Assembly: GCA_963706595.1 (NCBI GenBank)
Contig: OY970166.1
Location: 544,001 to 608,000 of the forward strand
Source of the DNA: an uncultured cyanobacterium
GTDB taxonomy: Bacteria > Cyanobacteriota > Cyanobacteriia > Cyanobacteriales > Nostocaceae
Length of the DNA: 64,000 bases
Reading direction: 5' to 3'
Part shown: piece by piece, positions 29,060 to 39,634 of the stretch
Layout: every line of letters begins with the position of its first letter
How positions within the stretch are numbered: the first letter of the stretch is position 1
Made by a program: the position numbers and the translations under genes
The notes under the pieces: model-generated
The model's database searches: none
What the model saw: the letters and a program-made list of their open reading frames with translations, nothing else
What the model was told of the DNA's origin: nothing

Positions 29060-29965
29060 ACCAGTCCTTACACGGTTGAGTTTTTCGGTTTTCTAGAAAC
29101 AGGTGCGGATCAGAGTTGCTTTTCTGAAATCTGTACTTTTAAGTGTGGCTGCTGTGAAATTAGCATCAGTTAAATCAGCACCACGAAAGCTTGTACCACG
29201 AAAAGCAGCAAACGCAACAGCACTTTTTTGAATCAAAGAGTACTTTTCATCGCCTTTCATAGCTCGCCAAGCAATGTAAGCACTAAATAAAGTTCCGGCA
29301 AAGGCGATGGCTGCCGTGATGGGAAAGGCTCCCGTGATGGCAATGGCTCCCTCGAAGGCGAAGGCGAAGGCGAAGGCGATCGCTCCCATGATGGCAAATA
29401 CAAAGGCTCCCACAAAGGCGATGTCTCCCACGATGGCGATGGCTAAGGCGATGGCAAAGCCGATGGCAAAGCCGATGGCTAAGGCGATGGCAAAGCCGAT
29501 GGCAAAAGCGATGGCTAAGGCGATGGCAAAGCCGATGGCGATATATAGGGTTCCGGCGATGCTAAAAGCAATGGCGATGGCTCCCGCGATGGCGATGGCT
29601 AAGGCGATCGCGGAGTTTAATCTTTGCACAACCATAACGATGAAAACCATAATGACTACTATTAAGGCAGTCCAACCTGTAACCTGACTTTCTATGGTTG
29701 AACTGTCAAATATCAAAGAGATTAAGTATCCAGTGAAGGCGGAGAAAAATCCGGAAATTGCAGAGAATAACCACGAAACACTGACTAGAAAAATCGCCCA
29801 ACGTTTTTGTAGTCCGCATTGAGCATGGCTAAAGTTGGCATTCTGAAGATTAGCCCCAGTAAAGTTTGCTCCTCTGATATCTGCATAGCTAAAGTTTGCA
29901 CCCTCAAGGTTTTGACCTTTAAAGGAACGTCCACGGAGATTTTGACTGGAGAAATCCTGGTACAT
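29060..29965 (-). pseudogene. Pentapeptide-repeat membrane protein, probably truncated
   Basis: A(N/D)LxxA repeats flank an Ala/Ile/Gly/Phe low-complexity TM tract; after TAG at 29093-29095 the frame continues KTEKLNRVRTG, then runs into a REP-like repeat. Confidence 0.6.
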
Positions 29966-30181
29966 AGATTAATAATTAATAATTTGTAATTCGTATTTGA
30001 AGGAGCGCCCACGGAGATTTTACAGGTGAATTTTTGATACATTCTGATAATCATTTTTAGTATGTATTTCGTTTCGGTCTTTTAGGGCAATATTTTGTTT
30101 TTTATTTGTTGTTTGTGTGCTTAAAACCAGAAATATCAGGATGATGCCATAATTCAGCAATACGGAGATCAAAAAGTTTCT

Positions 30182-31681
30182 ATGCTGGATACACTGGATT
30201 TAACACTTTCCTTAGATAAAGCTACCTATAAATCAGAAATTGACAGGCTGATGCATCAACTGCGAGAACTGCAAAATGCCTGTTGGGAGAAAAAATTACC
30301 TGTAATTGTGGTCTTGGAAGGATGGGCTGCTTCTGGTAAAGGCGCACTGGTGAAGCAAATGGTTTCCTACATGGACCCGCGCGGCTTTAAAGTTCATCCT
30401 ATCTGGCCACCGAGCGAAGAAGAACGCAAATATCCCTTCCTCTGGCGATTCTGGGAAAAAATCCCCGCCCAAGGTAACATTAGCTTTTTCTATCACAGTT
30501 GGTATACTCATGTTTTAGAAGAACGCTTATTTGAGCGAGTTGGAACCGACCAAGTTCCCACTGTGATGAAATTAATGGGGCAAATTAATTCCTTTGAGCG
30601 CCAAATGGTGGATGATGGAGTCGCGATCGCTAAATTCTGGTTACATCTAAGTCGTAAAGAATTAAAAAATCGCCTCAAAGACTACGCCAAAGATGAATTA
30701 ACCGCTTGGCGGGTGAGAAAAGCAGACTGGAAACAAGCCAAACACTATGACCGCTACGCCACCTTTGCGGAAGAAATGCTCGTACAAACTAGTACCGGCT
30801 TTGCTCCTTGGACTTTAGTCGAGGCTGACTCGGAACGGTGGGCGCAGGTGAAGGTTCTCACCCACCTTCGTACTACCTTAACTGCTGCTTTAGATAGACT
30901 GAAAATTCAGCTTCCGGCTCCCGCTTTACCTCCACAGACGGAATTAGAAACCACCGAGTCAGACTTACTGGCGCAAACTGATTTGAGCTTGAGTCTTTCG
31001 GAAAACGACTATGAAGAGCAATTAGCCAACGCACAGTTAAAACTACGCAAATTGCAATTAAGCATCCACAAGCATCAAATTCCTGTCCTGGTGATGTTTG
31101 AGGGTTGGGATGCAGCAGGTAAAGGCGGGGCGATTAAGCGGCTAACGGATATTCTTGATCCTCGCAGTTACTTTGTTCATCCCTTTGCAGCGCCCACAGA
31201 TGAAGAAAAAGTTCATCATTACCTCTGGCGATTTTGGCGAAGATTACCCACGGCTGGGATAATTGGGATTTTTGACCGTTCCTGGTATGGACGGGTGTTA
31301 GTGGAGCGTGTGGAAGGCTTTGCTTCGGAAATCGAGTGGCGTAGAGCCTACCGAGAAATTAATGAATTTGAGGCTCAGTTAACCAGTGCAGGCTATGTTG
31401 TAGTCAAGTTTTGGCTCCACATTAGCCCAGAGGAACAACTTCAGCGTTTTACAGACCGTCAAAATGACCCCTTTAAGCAGTACAAGCTGACGGATGAAGA
31501 CTGGCGTAATCGGGAAAAGTGGAATCATTACGATGTCGCCGTCAATCAAGCAATTCAGCGCACCACTACCCCCACGGCTCCTTGGACAATTGTGGCTGCT
31601 AATGACAAATACTATGCCAGAGTCAAGGTAATTGAAACGGTTGTGGAAGCTATTGAAGCGGAATTAAAACGCCGTGATTAA
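30182..31681 (+). CDS. pap: Polyphosphate:AMP phosphotransferase (two-domain PPK2)
   Basis: EGWAASGKG and EGWDAAGKGG, DPR, FDRSWY, two PPK2 domains. Confidence 0.92.
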   Translation: MLDTLDLTLSLDKATYKSEIDRLMHQLRELQNACWEKKLPVIVVLEGWAASGKGALVKQMVSYMDPRGFKVHPIWPPSEEERKYPFLWRFWEKIPAQGNISFFYHSWYTHVLEERLFERVGTDQVPTVMKLMGQINSFERQMVDDGVAIAKFWLHLSRKELKNRLKDYAKDELTAWRVRKADWKQAKHYDRYATFAEEMLVQTSTGFAPWTLVEADSERWAQVKVLTHLRTTLTAALDRLKIQLPAPALPPQTELETTESDLLAQTDLSLSLSENDYEEQLANAQLKLRKLQLSIHKHQIPVLVMFEGWDAAGKGGAIKRLTDILDPRSYFVHPFAAPTDEEKVHHYLWRFWRRLPTAGIIGIFDRSWYGRVLVERVEGFASEIEWRRAYREINEFEAQLTSAGYVVVKFWLHISPEEQLQRFTDRQNDPFKQYKLTDEDWRNREKWNHYDVAVNQAIQRTTTPTAPWTIVAANDKYYARVKVIETVVEAIEAELKRRD

Positions 31682-31697
31682 TATCTTTTAATAGAGA

Positions 31698-31865
31698 TAG
31701 GACTCATATAGTAATCCGGTTTGATTTCTGTTCGCGTAGGTAGGGAGTGGGGAGTGGGGAGTGGGGAGTAGGGAAAAAGAAATAATGTGTACGGAGTTTT
31801 ATTCAAAAATCAAATCGGAGTCCTATATTTGATTGTTGAAACACACGTAGTGGCGTGACAAGCTT
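31698..31865. mobile_element. Nested MITE-like elements containing STRR
   Basis: Inner 31709-31825 with ends TAGTAATCCGGTTTGATTT / AAATCAAATCGGAGTCCTA, TA-flanked, inside the end of a related TAGGACTCATATTTGATT element. Confidence 0.65.
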
Positions 31866-32149
31866 AAAATTTTGCAAAAAATTGTAGCGTTGGGTTGCGC
31901 TGCGCTTGACAATCAAGACAGTCGCTACGTCTACGTCCCGAAGACGGTGTGAGTGACGCAGATATTTAGGCAAAGCCGTGAATTTTCCCAGCTATTTATC
32001 TATAATAGAGATAGATTTAGATAAGATATTACTTCCAAAAAATTTACTTTAGAAAATACATCTGTTTGACGTTAGGAATATATTCCTTAATTGCTCTCCT
32101 TATGAATTGAGTTGCCTTTTCTAAAGTGCCTATATAAAGGATACTCCTA

Positions 32150-32887
32150 ATGTCAATGGATAATCATAAACTAGAGGCGACAAAAAATCGTCTGCTTGCT
32201 GCTTTGCCTAATGCTGAATATGAGCGACTTATTCCTCACTTAAATCCTATTGAACTACCATTTGGGAAGGTTCTGATCGAGCCAGGAGAAGCAATTACAG
32301 ATGTTTATTTCCCCCATAAGGCAGTAGTTTCTTTAATAACGATTATGGAAAACGGGTCTTCTGTGGAAGTCGGTATAGTGAGTAATGAAGGTATGGTGGG
32401 CATCCCTGTAATTTTGGGAGGCAACCAATCAACTACCAAAGCGATTGTGCAAGTTCCTGACGGTGGTTTGCAAATGAAAGCAGATGTATTGAAAAGTGAG
32501 TTTGATCGGGGTGGAATACTGCAAAACATCCTACTGCGCTACTTCCAAACTTTATATACCCAAGTTTCACAAGGAGCCGCCTGCAATCGTCTTCATAGCC
32601 TAGAGCAGCGCCTCGCTCGTTGGCTACTAACTGTCTCTGACCGGATGGAATCAGATGATTTTCCACTCACTCAAGAATTTATTGGTCAGATGCTAGGTGT
32701 CCGCCGTTCTGGTGTGACTGTGGCAGCTAGAACTCTTAGCCAAGAAGGAATTATTCACTATAGCCGTGGTAATATTAGCATCCAGAATCGCCAGGCTTTA
32801 GAAGCTACTTCTTGTGAATGTTATCAGGTGATGAAAAACGAGTTTGATCAACTCTTGGGCAAAGGATCTGATCGACGGGGGACATAA
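32150..32887 (+). CDS. Crp/Fnr-family transcriptional regulator
   Basis: cNMP-binding fold, ACNRLH..EQRLARWLL, LTQEFIGQMLGVRRSGVT HTH. Confidence 0.92.
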   Translation: MSMDNHKLEATKNRLLAALPNAEYERLIPHLNPIELPFGKVLIEPGEAITDVYFPHKAVVSLITIMENGSSVEVGIVSNEGMVGIPVILGGNQSTTKAIVQVPDGGLQMKADVLKSEFDRGGILQNILLRYFQTLYTQVSQGAACNRLHSLEQRLARWLLTVSDRMESDDFPLTQEFIGQMLGVRRSGVTVAARTLSQEGIIHYSRGNISIQNRQALEATSCECYQVMKNEFDQLLGKGSDRRGT

Positions 32888-33015
32888 ATATTTTGCAGTT
32901 TCTATGTGCGAAACCGGACAGACACCTAAAGTTGAGTTTGTGTAACCTATAAATTGTGGGAAAATTCGATGTCGTTTCTACTCAGGGTGTTATAACTACA
33001 CGAGGGTAAGATTTA

Positions 33016-33483
33016 ATGTATACTCAATCCATGTCAGTTCAAGGTCTACGCTTGCTCGTTGTTGATGATGATGCTGACACCAGACAAATTTTAAATATCC
33101 TCTTTGAATTGGAAGGAGCGAAGGTAATAGCTGTCGCTTCGGCAAATGAGGCTCTAGAAGTAATATCTCAATTTAAACCTGACATTTTAATTAGTGATAT
33201 ATATCTACCGGATGAAGATGGCTACTCTTTGCTACCAAAACTTAGAAATTTGATGGCAGCACAAGGAAAAGAGATTGCCGCCATTGCTTTAACCGGATTT
33301 GCTAGGGAAGAAGACCGCATATATGCATTTGCTTCCGGTTTTCAGACACACTTATGCAAGCCGATAAATTTAGATGAATTAGTCTATGCGGTTGCTAGTC
33401 TGGCTAGCTGTAACCAAGCAGTTTCTTTGTCAGGCGAACTGATAAGTCAGTGCTGGCGCGATCGCTCTTTAGCCAAATCGTAA
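33016..33483 (+). CDS. Single-domain response regulator
   Basis: LVVDDD, ISDIYLP, ALTG, KP. Confidence 0.9.
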   Translation: MYTQSMSVQGLRLLVVDDDADTRQILNILFELEGAKVIAVASANEALEVISQFKPDILISDIYLPDEDGYSLLPKLRNLMAAQGKEIAAIALTGFAREEDRIYAFASGFQTHLCKPINLDELVYAVASLASCNQAVSLSGELISQCWRDRSLAKS

Positions 33484-33603
33484 TTTTTCTATTTAATATT
33501 TGTGGGGTAGGTGTCTTCTTACTCCCGGAATTTTTGACGTGTGTTAGCGTCACTGTACGCAGTTTGATACCATCTCACAAGCCAATTTGGCATTTTTCTT
33601 GAT

Positions 33604-33687
33604 TAGACATCTCCGATAAAGTAGAGACGTTCCATGGAACGTCTCTAAAACTGTGATCACGCATATTTTATTTTCACCAGATGTCTA
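33604..33687. mobile_element. MITE-like element with TAGACATCT terminal inverted repeats
   Basis: TAGACATCT...AGATGTCTA, internal palindrome AGAGACGTTCCATGGAACGTCTCT; related copy at 60800-60889. Confidence 0.65.
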
Positions 33688-33773
33688 TTTGTCTGTCCCT
33701 GAATCAGTATATCCGGTGTTGTATTTTGCTCGCGGTTCAAAACACTTTCGTAATTTAAATATTTATGAGTTAT

Positions 33774-33789
33774 TGTAAACAAAGTTACA
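33774..33789. promoter_or_regulatory. NtcA-consensus site
   Basis: TGTA-AACAAAGT-TACA; no canonical TAN3T found 22 nt away. Confidence 0.35.
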
Positions 33790-34360
33790 TTCTTAGTGTA
33801 ATGCAGTCAATTAGAAAATATTAATTAATCTAAAGGAATTATATTGGTGTTATGAATTACTAATATGATTTTTAAGAAATTTATGGTAGTGTAAATATCA
33901 TAAGTAGATTTTCTAGTCTGTTAAGTAAGAATTTATCTGCGTCTATCCTCTTCTATGGACGGTTAATTATTTCTTAGTACCTACTAATGTGGAAATCGCT
34001 ATATATCAATTAAACAAATTAGTTACTCTTTGAAGCTTCAAAAGGATTAGTATTTTTTGAGACATGATTTAATGGTGACTATGTTTACAGGAGCTACTTA
34101 TATGCGGTGCTAGAAGTAGCCAAAATGCAACCCTGGTTATAAATTAATTTTTATTCTTTGCATAGTTTGCGAATTAAAGCTTTGAGGTTCATAGCGAATA
34201 AAAAATTGCAACTTAGCTGGTCTAAAATGCTGCGAACCGTATTGACAATCTAGGAATAATGGAATAACAAGGTGGCAGCACATAAAAAAATACCTTAACT
34301 CACCCCTGCCACAAAACTCAGTCAAGCTCTTAACAAAAAATCACGTAATTAAGATAAATC

Positions 34361-34597
34361 ATGCCACAAAATACTGACCACAAAGCTGCCAATTCAGCTA
34401 CTCAAGCAATCGCCTACAAAGCACGTCTGAATTCTTGGGCGATCGCTCGTTTACTTCCTGATGCACAACGGGAGATTGTGGCTCATTTCCGGACTCGTTC
34501 TGATGCCGATGGTTATATGCAACATTTAATGCAAACAACACCTGATGCTTCGTTCATGGTGGTTTTTGATTGCCAACGCGAGGAAGCTGTGATTTAA
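34361..34597 (+). CDS. Small cyanobacterial hypothetical protein
   Basis: 78 aa, WAIARLLP...FRTRSDADG...F.VVFD pattern. Confidence 0.7.
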   Translation: MPQNTDHKAANSATQAIAYKARLNSWAIARLLPDAQREIVAHFRTRSDADGYMQHLMQTTPDASFMVVFDCQREEAVI

Positions 34598-34673
34598 GGT
34601 TCTGATCAAGGCGATCGCACCTGAAGGGGAATTAATCAGGCGATCGCTTTTCAAATCGCACAATTAAGAGAAC

Positions 34674-34874
34674 TTAACGCGATTCAGTTCCCTGATTGGG
34701 ACTACCAGCCACAGTATCTTCTCCTGGTGCTTCAGGTTTAGCACTGTTTTTAGCCTCACTTTCAACAGCATTGCCAGTCTTACGGATTCCAGGTTCCACA
34801 GGAGTTTGATAACCACCCGCAGCAGTGGGTGTAGTTTCTTTAGAGTCAGATTTTTGTTTTTGCTCTTCCGGCAT
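34674..34874 (-). CDS. Small disordered hypothetical protein
   Basis: 66 aa hydrophilic ORF with AGGA RBS-like sequence upstream. Confidence 0.6.
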   Translation of the reverse strand: MPEEQKQKSDSKETTPTAAGGYQTPVEPGIRKTGNAVESEAKNSAKPEAPGEDTVAGSPNQGTESR

Positions 34875-35011
34875 AATTGCAGTCCTATGATTTAATTATT
34901 GAAATTATTTTAAGCAACTCATAAGTATAAATTCATCTATCAAAAATATGATCATCCCTGATTGATTCCTCTCTCAAAAGGATTATTCAGTCTTACCTAT
35001 TTAGAATCATA

Positions 35012-35211
35012 TAGGACTCCTATCTGATTTTTGTTGGCGTAGCCTGCGCTATGCGCTTACAATCTCGACATAACGCAAAAAGGTTATTCCCCACTCCCCA
35101 CTCCCTACTCCCTACTCCCCACTCCCCACTCCCCACTCCCTACTCCCTACTCCCCACTCCCCACTCCCTACTCCCTACTCCCCACTCCCCACTCCCCACT
35201 CCCCAGCTATA
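35012..35211. repeat. TAGGACTCCTAT-family MITE with (CCCCACT/CCCTACT)n STRR
   Basis: Directly visible; near mirror of 39725-39800. Confidence 0.75.
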
Positions 35212-35323
35212 TCAGTAGAATTACTGTTATCTTTATGAAGATAAGATGAAGAACCCATAATTGCTGATGTGTTGTTGATAGCGACCGTTCAGATTCCCAA
35301 TCTAGTTACAAACCTTTTCAATT

Positions 35324-35971
35324 GTGAACTACTACATCTACCTGCACGGTTTTGCCTCCAGCCCAAAATCTGCCAAAGCACAGGATCTAAGCGATCGCTT
35401 TGCCCAAATTCAGACAAAGCTGAAAATTCCCGATTTAAATGCTGGGGATTTTTCCCAATTAACTATGACTCGGCAAATCACTCAAGTTGCCGCCGAATTT
35501 CCTGATAATTCAACGCCTGTCACCCTCATTGGTTCTAGTTTAGGCGGTTTAACATCTGCCCATTTAGGACAGCAATATCCACAAGTGCAACGCCTGGTTT
35601 TACTCGCACCAGCTTTTGGGTTTTTATCCCATTGGTTAACCAAGCTGGGAGATGAACAAATCCAGCGTTGGCAACAAGAACAATATTTGATGATTCACCA
35701 CTATGAGCAAGGGCGATCGCTTCCCCTCAGTTATAATTTCGTCACAGATGCAGCGCCATATCAAGAAGAAATATTACAACGCCCCATACCCACCCTGATA
35801 TTGCATGGCAAACAGGACGAAGTGATTCCCATTACAGCTAGTCGGGAATTTGCGCGATCGCGTCCTTGGGTAGAATTACTCGAACTCGACAGCGATCACA
35901 GCTTAGGTAACGTCATGGCAGAAATTTGGCCAGCAATTCACCGATTCTGCCAGTTCCCGCAAACAAGCTAA
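35324..35971 (+). CDS. YqiA/YcfP-family esterase
   Basis: YLHGFASSP.S.KA, GSSLGG, HGKQDEV, DH. Confidence 0.9.
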   Translation: MNYYIYLHGFASSPKSAKAQDLSDRFAQIQTKLKIPDLNAGDFSQLTMTRQITQVAAEFPDNSTPVTLIGSSLGGLTSAHLGQQYPQVQRLVLLAPAFGFLSHWLTKLGDEQIQRWQQEQYLMIHHYEQGRSLPLSYNFVTDAAPYQEEILQRPIPTLILHGKQDEVIPITASREFARSRPWVELLELDSDHSLGNVMAEIWPAIHRFCQFPQTS

Positions 35972-36024
35972 AATAACTAACACCTTAGTCACGTGTTACT
36001 TTTCTCTGACTAATAACCAAAATT

Positions 36025-37173
36025 ATGCTTCCTTTTATCCGGTCAGACTTAGCCGAATTTACAGCTTATAAACCCCACCCCAGCAGTGATACAGCCGCAG
36101 CGATTCCTGTACAGTTGGATCGGCTAGATACGAACGAAAGTCCTTATGATTTGCCACCAGAATTAAAAGAAAAACTGGCTTGGACATATCAGCAAGTAAT
36201 TGAAACAAATCGTTATCCTGACGGTGGACATGAGACACTTAAGGATGCGATCGCTCAATATGTCAATGAGTCCGCATCCCTCACCTCATCTGTATTTACG
36301 GCTGCCAATATTTCTCTAGGCAATGGTTCAGATGAACTAATCCGTTCATTATTAATCGCCACCTGTCTGGGGGGAGAAGGCTCAATTTTAGTCGCCAATC
36401 CCACTTTCTCCATGTATGGAATTTTAGCCAAAACCTTGGGAATTCCCGTGGTGACGGTGGACAGAAATCCAGATAATTTTGAAATTGACTTAAAATCTGC
36501 CCAATCTGCCATCGAACAAACTCAAAATCCGCCAATTCGAGTAGTTTTTGTGGTGCATCCTAATTCTCCCACAGGTAACTGTTTAACTGCGGCGGAATTG
36601 TCATGGTTAAGAAGTTTGGGTGAGCAAATTTTGGTGGTAATAGATGAAGCTTACTTTGAATTTAGCCAGACTACCCTAGTTAGTGAATTAGCACAGCGTC
36701 CTAACTGGGTAGTGCTAAGAACTTTTTCTAAAGCCTTCCGGTTAGCAGCACTCAGAGTGGGTTATTGTGTCGCTCATCCACAGGCGATCGCGATCTTAGA
36801 AAAAGTCCGCTTACCTTATAATCTTCCTAGCTTCTCCATCGCTGCGTCCTTAGCTGCTATGCAAAATAGCCAACTTCTACTCAAAGCAATTTCCCCCACC
36901 TTGGATGAACGAGACAAACTGATAGAAATTTTATCCCCACATCCAGCCTTACAAGTGACAAAAAGTGCTGCTAACTTTGTTTTCCTGCGTCTCCAAGCCA
37001 ATCTCTCTGACACACAAAATGCTAGTTTAAAAATTCTTCACCAAAAACTTAAGATGAATGGCACTCTTGTCCGCGAAATTAGCGGCGGATTGCGAATTAC
37101 CATCGGCACATCAGACGAAAACACCCGTACCATCAATAGAATACAAGCTGCATTGGCAAATCTAAAATTTTAA
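36025..37173 (+). CDS. hisC: Histidinol-phosphate aminotransferase
   Basis: [47 protein letters not shown]. Confidence 0.95.
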   Translation: MLPFIRSDLAEFTAYKPHPSSDTAAAIPVQLDRLDTNESPYDLPPELKEKLAWTYQQVIETNRYPDGGHETLKDAIAQYVNESASLTSSVFTAANISLGNGSDELIRSLLIATCLGGEGSILVANPTFSMYGILAKTLGIPVVTVDRNPDNFEIDLKSAQSAIEQTQNPPIRVVFVVHPNSPTGNCLTAAELSWLRSLGEQILVVIDEAYFEFSQTTLVSELAQRPNWVVLRTFSKAFRLAALRVGYCVAHPQAIAILEKVRLPYNLPSFSIAASLAAMQNSQLLLKAISPTLDERDKLIEILSPHPALQVTKSAANFVFLRLQANLSDTQNASLKILHQKLKMNGTLVREISGGLRITIGTSDENTRTINRIQAALANLKF

Positions 37174-37704
37174 CTAACTGCCCAAACGGCGGACTATACC
37201 TACCGTTTGTGGCAACACCCCAACTAAAAGGGCAAAGACAATATCAGGCATTTCAGCCACCACTGGTAGTGGAAAATATTGTTCAAATTGGTCTAAAATT
37301 TTCTGGACTCGTTGCTGTGGAAGCGGGTGTTCTGTAATTTGCTTGACTAACCGAATCCACTGTCGCCTAATTAAATAAGCCTTCTGACGCTCCTCATTAG
37401 ATTCGGGAGTTAATAAAGACAAATTGCCTATAGGCATTACCCTTTGACAATCACTATCATAATTCCCGCCCACGGCTGCACCCGGCCCTGCAAATTCTGC
37501 ATGATAGCGTTTAAAGATGATTAAACCATTGCGCTTACGACTATTAACAACAAAAACCTTTCCACTTTGCAGTAGTGTGAGGATATCCGAGCTGTATAAT
37601 TGCTCAGTTCCATCTGTCATCACAAGATGGTCTAGAAGAATAGTGTCAGGGTGGTAAATTGATACCATAGCAGCTTGATAGCGTCGGTAGCTTTCGCTAT
37701 CCAT
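37174..37704 (-). CDS. Conserved cyanobacterial hypothetical protein, possibly degenerate Crp-like fold
   Basis: 176-aa ORF, EFAGPGAAVGG motif, C-terminal A.LVGVLP.TV HTH-like segment. Confidence 0.6.
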   Translation of the reverse strand: MDSESYRRYQAAMVSIYHPDTILLDHLVMTDGTEQLYSSDILTLLQSGKVFVVNSRKRNGLIIFKRYHAEFAGPGAAVGGNYDSDCQRVMPIGNLSLLTPESNEERQKAYLIRRQWIRLVKQITEHPLPQQRVQKILDQFEQYFPLPVVAEMPDIVFALLVGVLPQTVGIVRRLGS

Positions 37705-38419
37705 GTTTTCTCGAACTTACAGATAATTTGGTAGTTTTATGCACTTCAAGCGGGTACTTAGATGAGATTAAATCAGATTTTAATGTTTCTTTAGAACTTC
37801 TTGATAAAAAAAGTTACTGGTTTCTGTAACTAAGATAGCAAAAAACAGAATTTCTTTATTATTAATTAATCATATTTTATGAGATTTAGTGGAATTTGTC
37901 GTCGAAAATCAGTGATACTTTTTTAAAGTTTTTATAAAGATAAATTCCTAAATAAAAAGTTAGTATGAGTTTTGGGAAGTTGATTCAGCGTAGTTTTACG
38001 GTTGTTCCATTACCATTTATCTTTTAAATTCTCACTCATTTGCTATTTAGCTACGCCATCAAATCTACATAATATATTAGGCATACAGTAGTTTTCCTTT
38101 AAATGAAGTACAGATTTATCTGTGTTCATCTGTACTTCATTATTTAACTTGTACCTCACAAACCTGCAATAAGCGGTAATTAGAATCCGCATAATTGGGT
38201 GATTTTTTATTGATATCAAATTACGAGCGTAAATTTTTGCTCAAAATAATGATCATTTGTTTGAGCAAAAATAAAGTTTTTTGTCATCTTTATTCGCCTT
38301 ACTCAACTTAAAACCACACCGCCAGTGTTATTACGTAAGTAGAAACTCTGGTAATTCTTTAGCTCTTTATGTAAATTTGAGAGAATTACTCAGATGATCA
38401 TCTAGCAGATGAGTATTAT

Positions 38420-38525
38420 TATAGCGGTATGCACTTGAATGAAATACATCATAGCCCCCTCCTTGCTTGCGGGGAGGGGGTTGGGGGTAGGGTTCTTGTA
38501 TCTCACTCAACCGAGAACCGCTATA
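38420..38525. mobile_element. MITE-like element with TATAGCGGT terminal inverted repeats
   Basis: TATAGCGGT...ACCGCTATA, internal GC-rich hairpin CCCCCCTTGCTTGCGGGGAGGGG. Confidence 0.6.
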
Positions 38526-38637
38526 GCTAGATTGAAAAGTGACCAAATCACTAATTTATGCTTGCATAAAAGCTAATCCACCAAATTTTGCCCCAATGTA
38601 GCCCATATATTAAAAATCACACATTTAGCTATAAAGT

Positions 38638-39261
38638 TTATAAAATTTCATCAATTTTAACACTCAGGTGTTTACGCAATAAAATTTGCCGGGAGCTTCT
38701 GAGGAAAAATGTATTCCAATTAGATTCTAATTTATACGCCTTATATCCCAGCTTGAAATAAAGTTGCCGTGCCTGATGGTTATTTTCCAAGACGTGGAGG
38801 TATAAGTCTTGAAATCCCCACTCATGAGAGAATTTTTCACAGCTAATCAGTAGCTCTGAAGCGACACCGTGCCGACGATACTTGGGGTGAACAGCTAAAT
38901 TAGACAGATAAGGAAAACTCTTATCCCCCTGTATCCAAGAATCATTGAAACGCACACCCAATTCTACAGTTCCCACTAAGTGATGAGTTGCAGCAGTAGT
39001 AGTGTCAATAGCAACCAAACAAACATGATGGGGAGCAGGTAATGAGAAGCGATGTTTGAGGTCTTCGTAAATACCCAAACGTAGTAGCGGAAAAGCCCAT
39101 CCCCAGAAACCATCATGTCCGTGAAAACTTTCAGCAATAATGTGGGCAATACCAGTCAAATCATCAGGTGTAGCCGCACGAATTTGGAATTGCCAGGAAG
39201 CTTGTTCGGCGGCAGATATGACTGGCTCTTGGTGGTAAGGATCAAAAAACCAGGATGTCAA
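38638..39261 (-). CDS. GNAT-family N-acetyltransferase
   Basis: YLSNLAVHPKYRRHGVA, LHVLENN..ARQLY.KLGY. Confidence 0.92.
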   Translation of the reverse strand: MTSWFFDPYHQEPVISAAEQASWQFQIRAATPDDLTGIAHIIAESFHGHDGFWGWAFPLLRLGIYEDLKHRFSLPAPHHVCLVAIDTTTAATHHLVGTVELGVRFNDSWIQGDKSFPYLSNLAVHPKYRRHGVASELLISCEKFSHEWGFQDLYLHVLENNHQARQLYFKLGYKAYKLESNWNTFFLRSSRQILLRKHLSVKIDEIL

Positions 39262-39476
39262 GGCTAGTTTAGTATTGATTTAATTAAAGGAAAATTGCTC
39301 AAATATCTGAAAACACTGTAGAAGCTGGATGAAAATTCAAATTTAACCTAGATAACTGAGTTGGCATTGAAATTCTAACTTAATACGGATTATTTAACTA
39401 ATTCACTTCATCCAAAATAACCTGTGGAGGTAGCTTTTTTTGGTAAATTCGCGACTTCTAAGCTTACTTGCGTAGG

Positions 39477-39634
39477 TGGGGAGTGGGGAGTGGGGAGTGG
39501 GGAGTGGAGTGGGGAGTGGGGAGTGGGGAGTGGGGAGTGGGGAGTGGGGAGTGGGGAGTGGGAAGTGGGAAGTGGGGAGTGGGGAGTGGGGAGTGGGGAG
39601 TGGGGAGTGGGGAGTGGGGAGTGGGGAGTGGGGG
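39477..39634. repeat. Long STRR (GGGGAGT)n array
   Basis: About 22 tandem heptamers visible. Confidence 0.95.

Noticed and set aside
29307..29687. MAKAMAKP-repeat ORF on the plus strand
   Set aside because: Antisense shadow of the low-complexity coding tract
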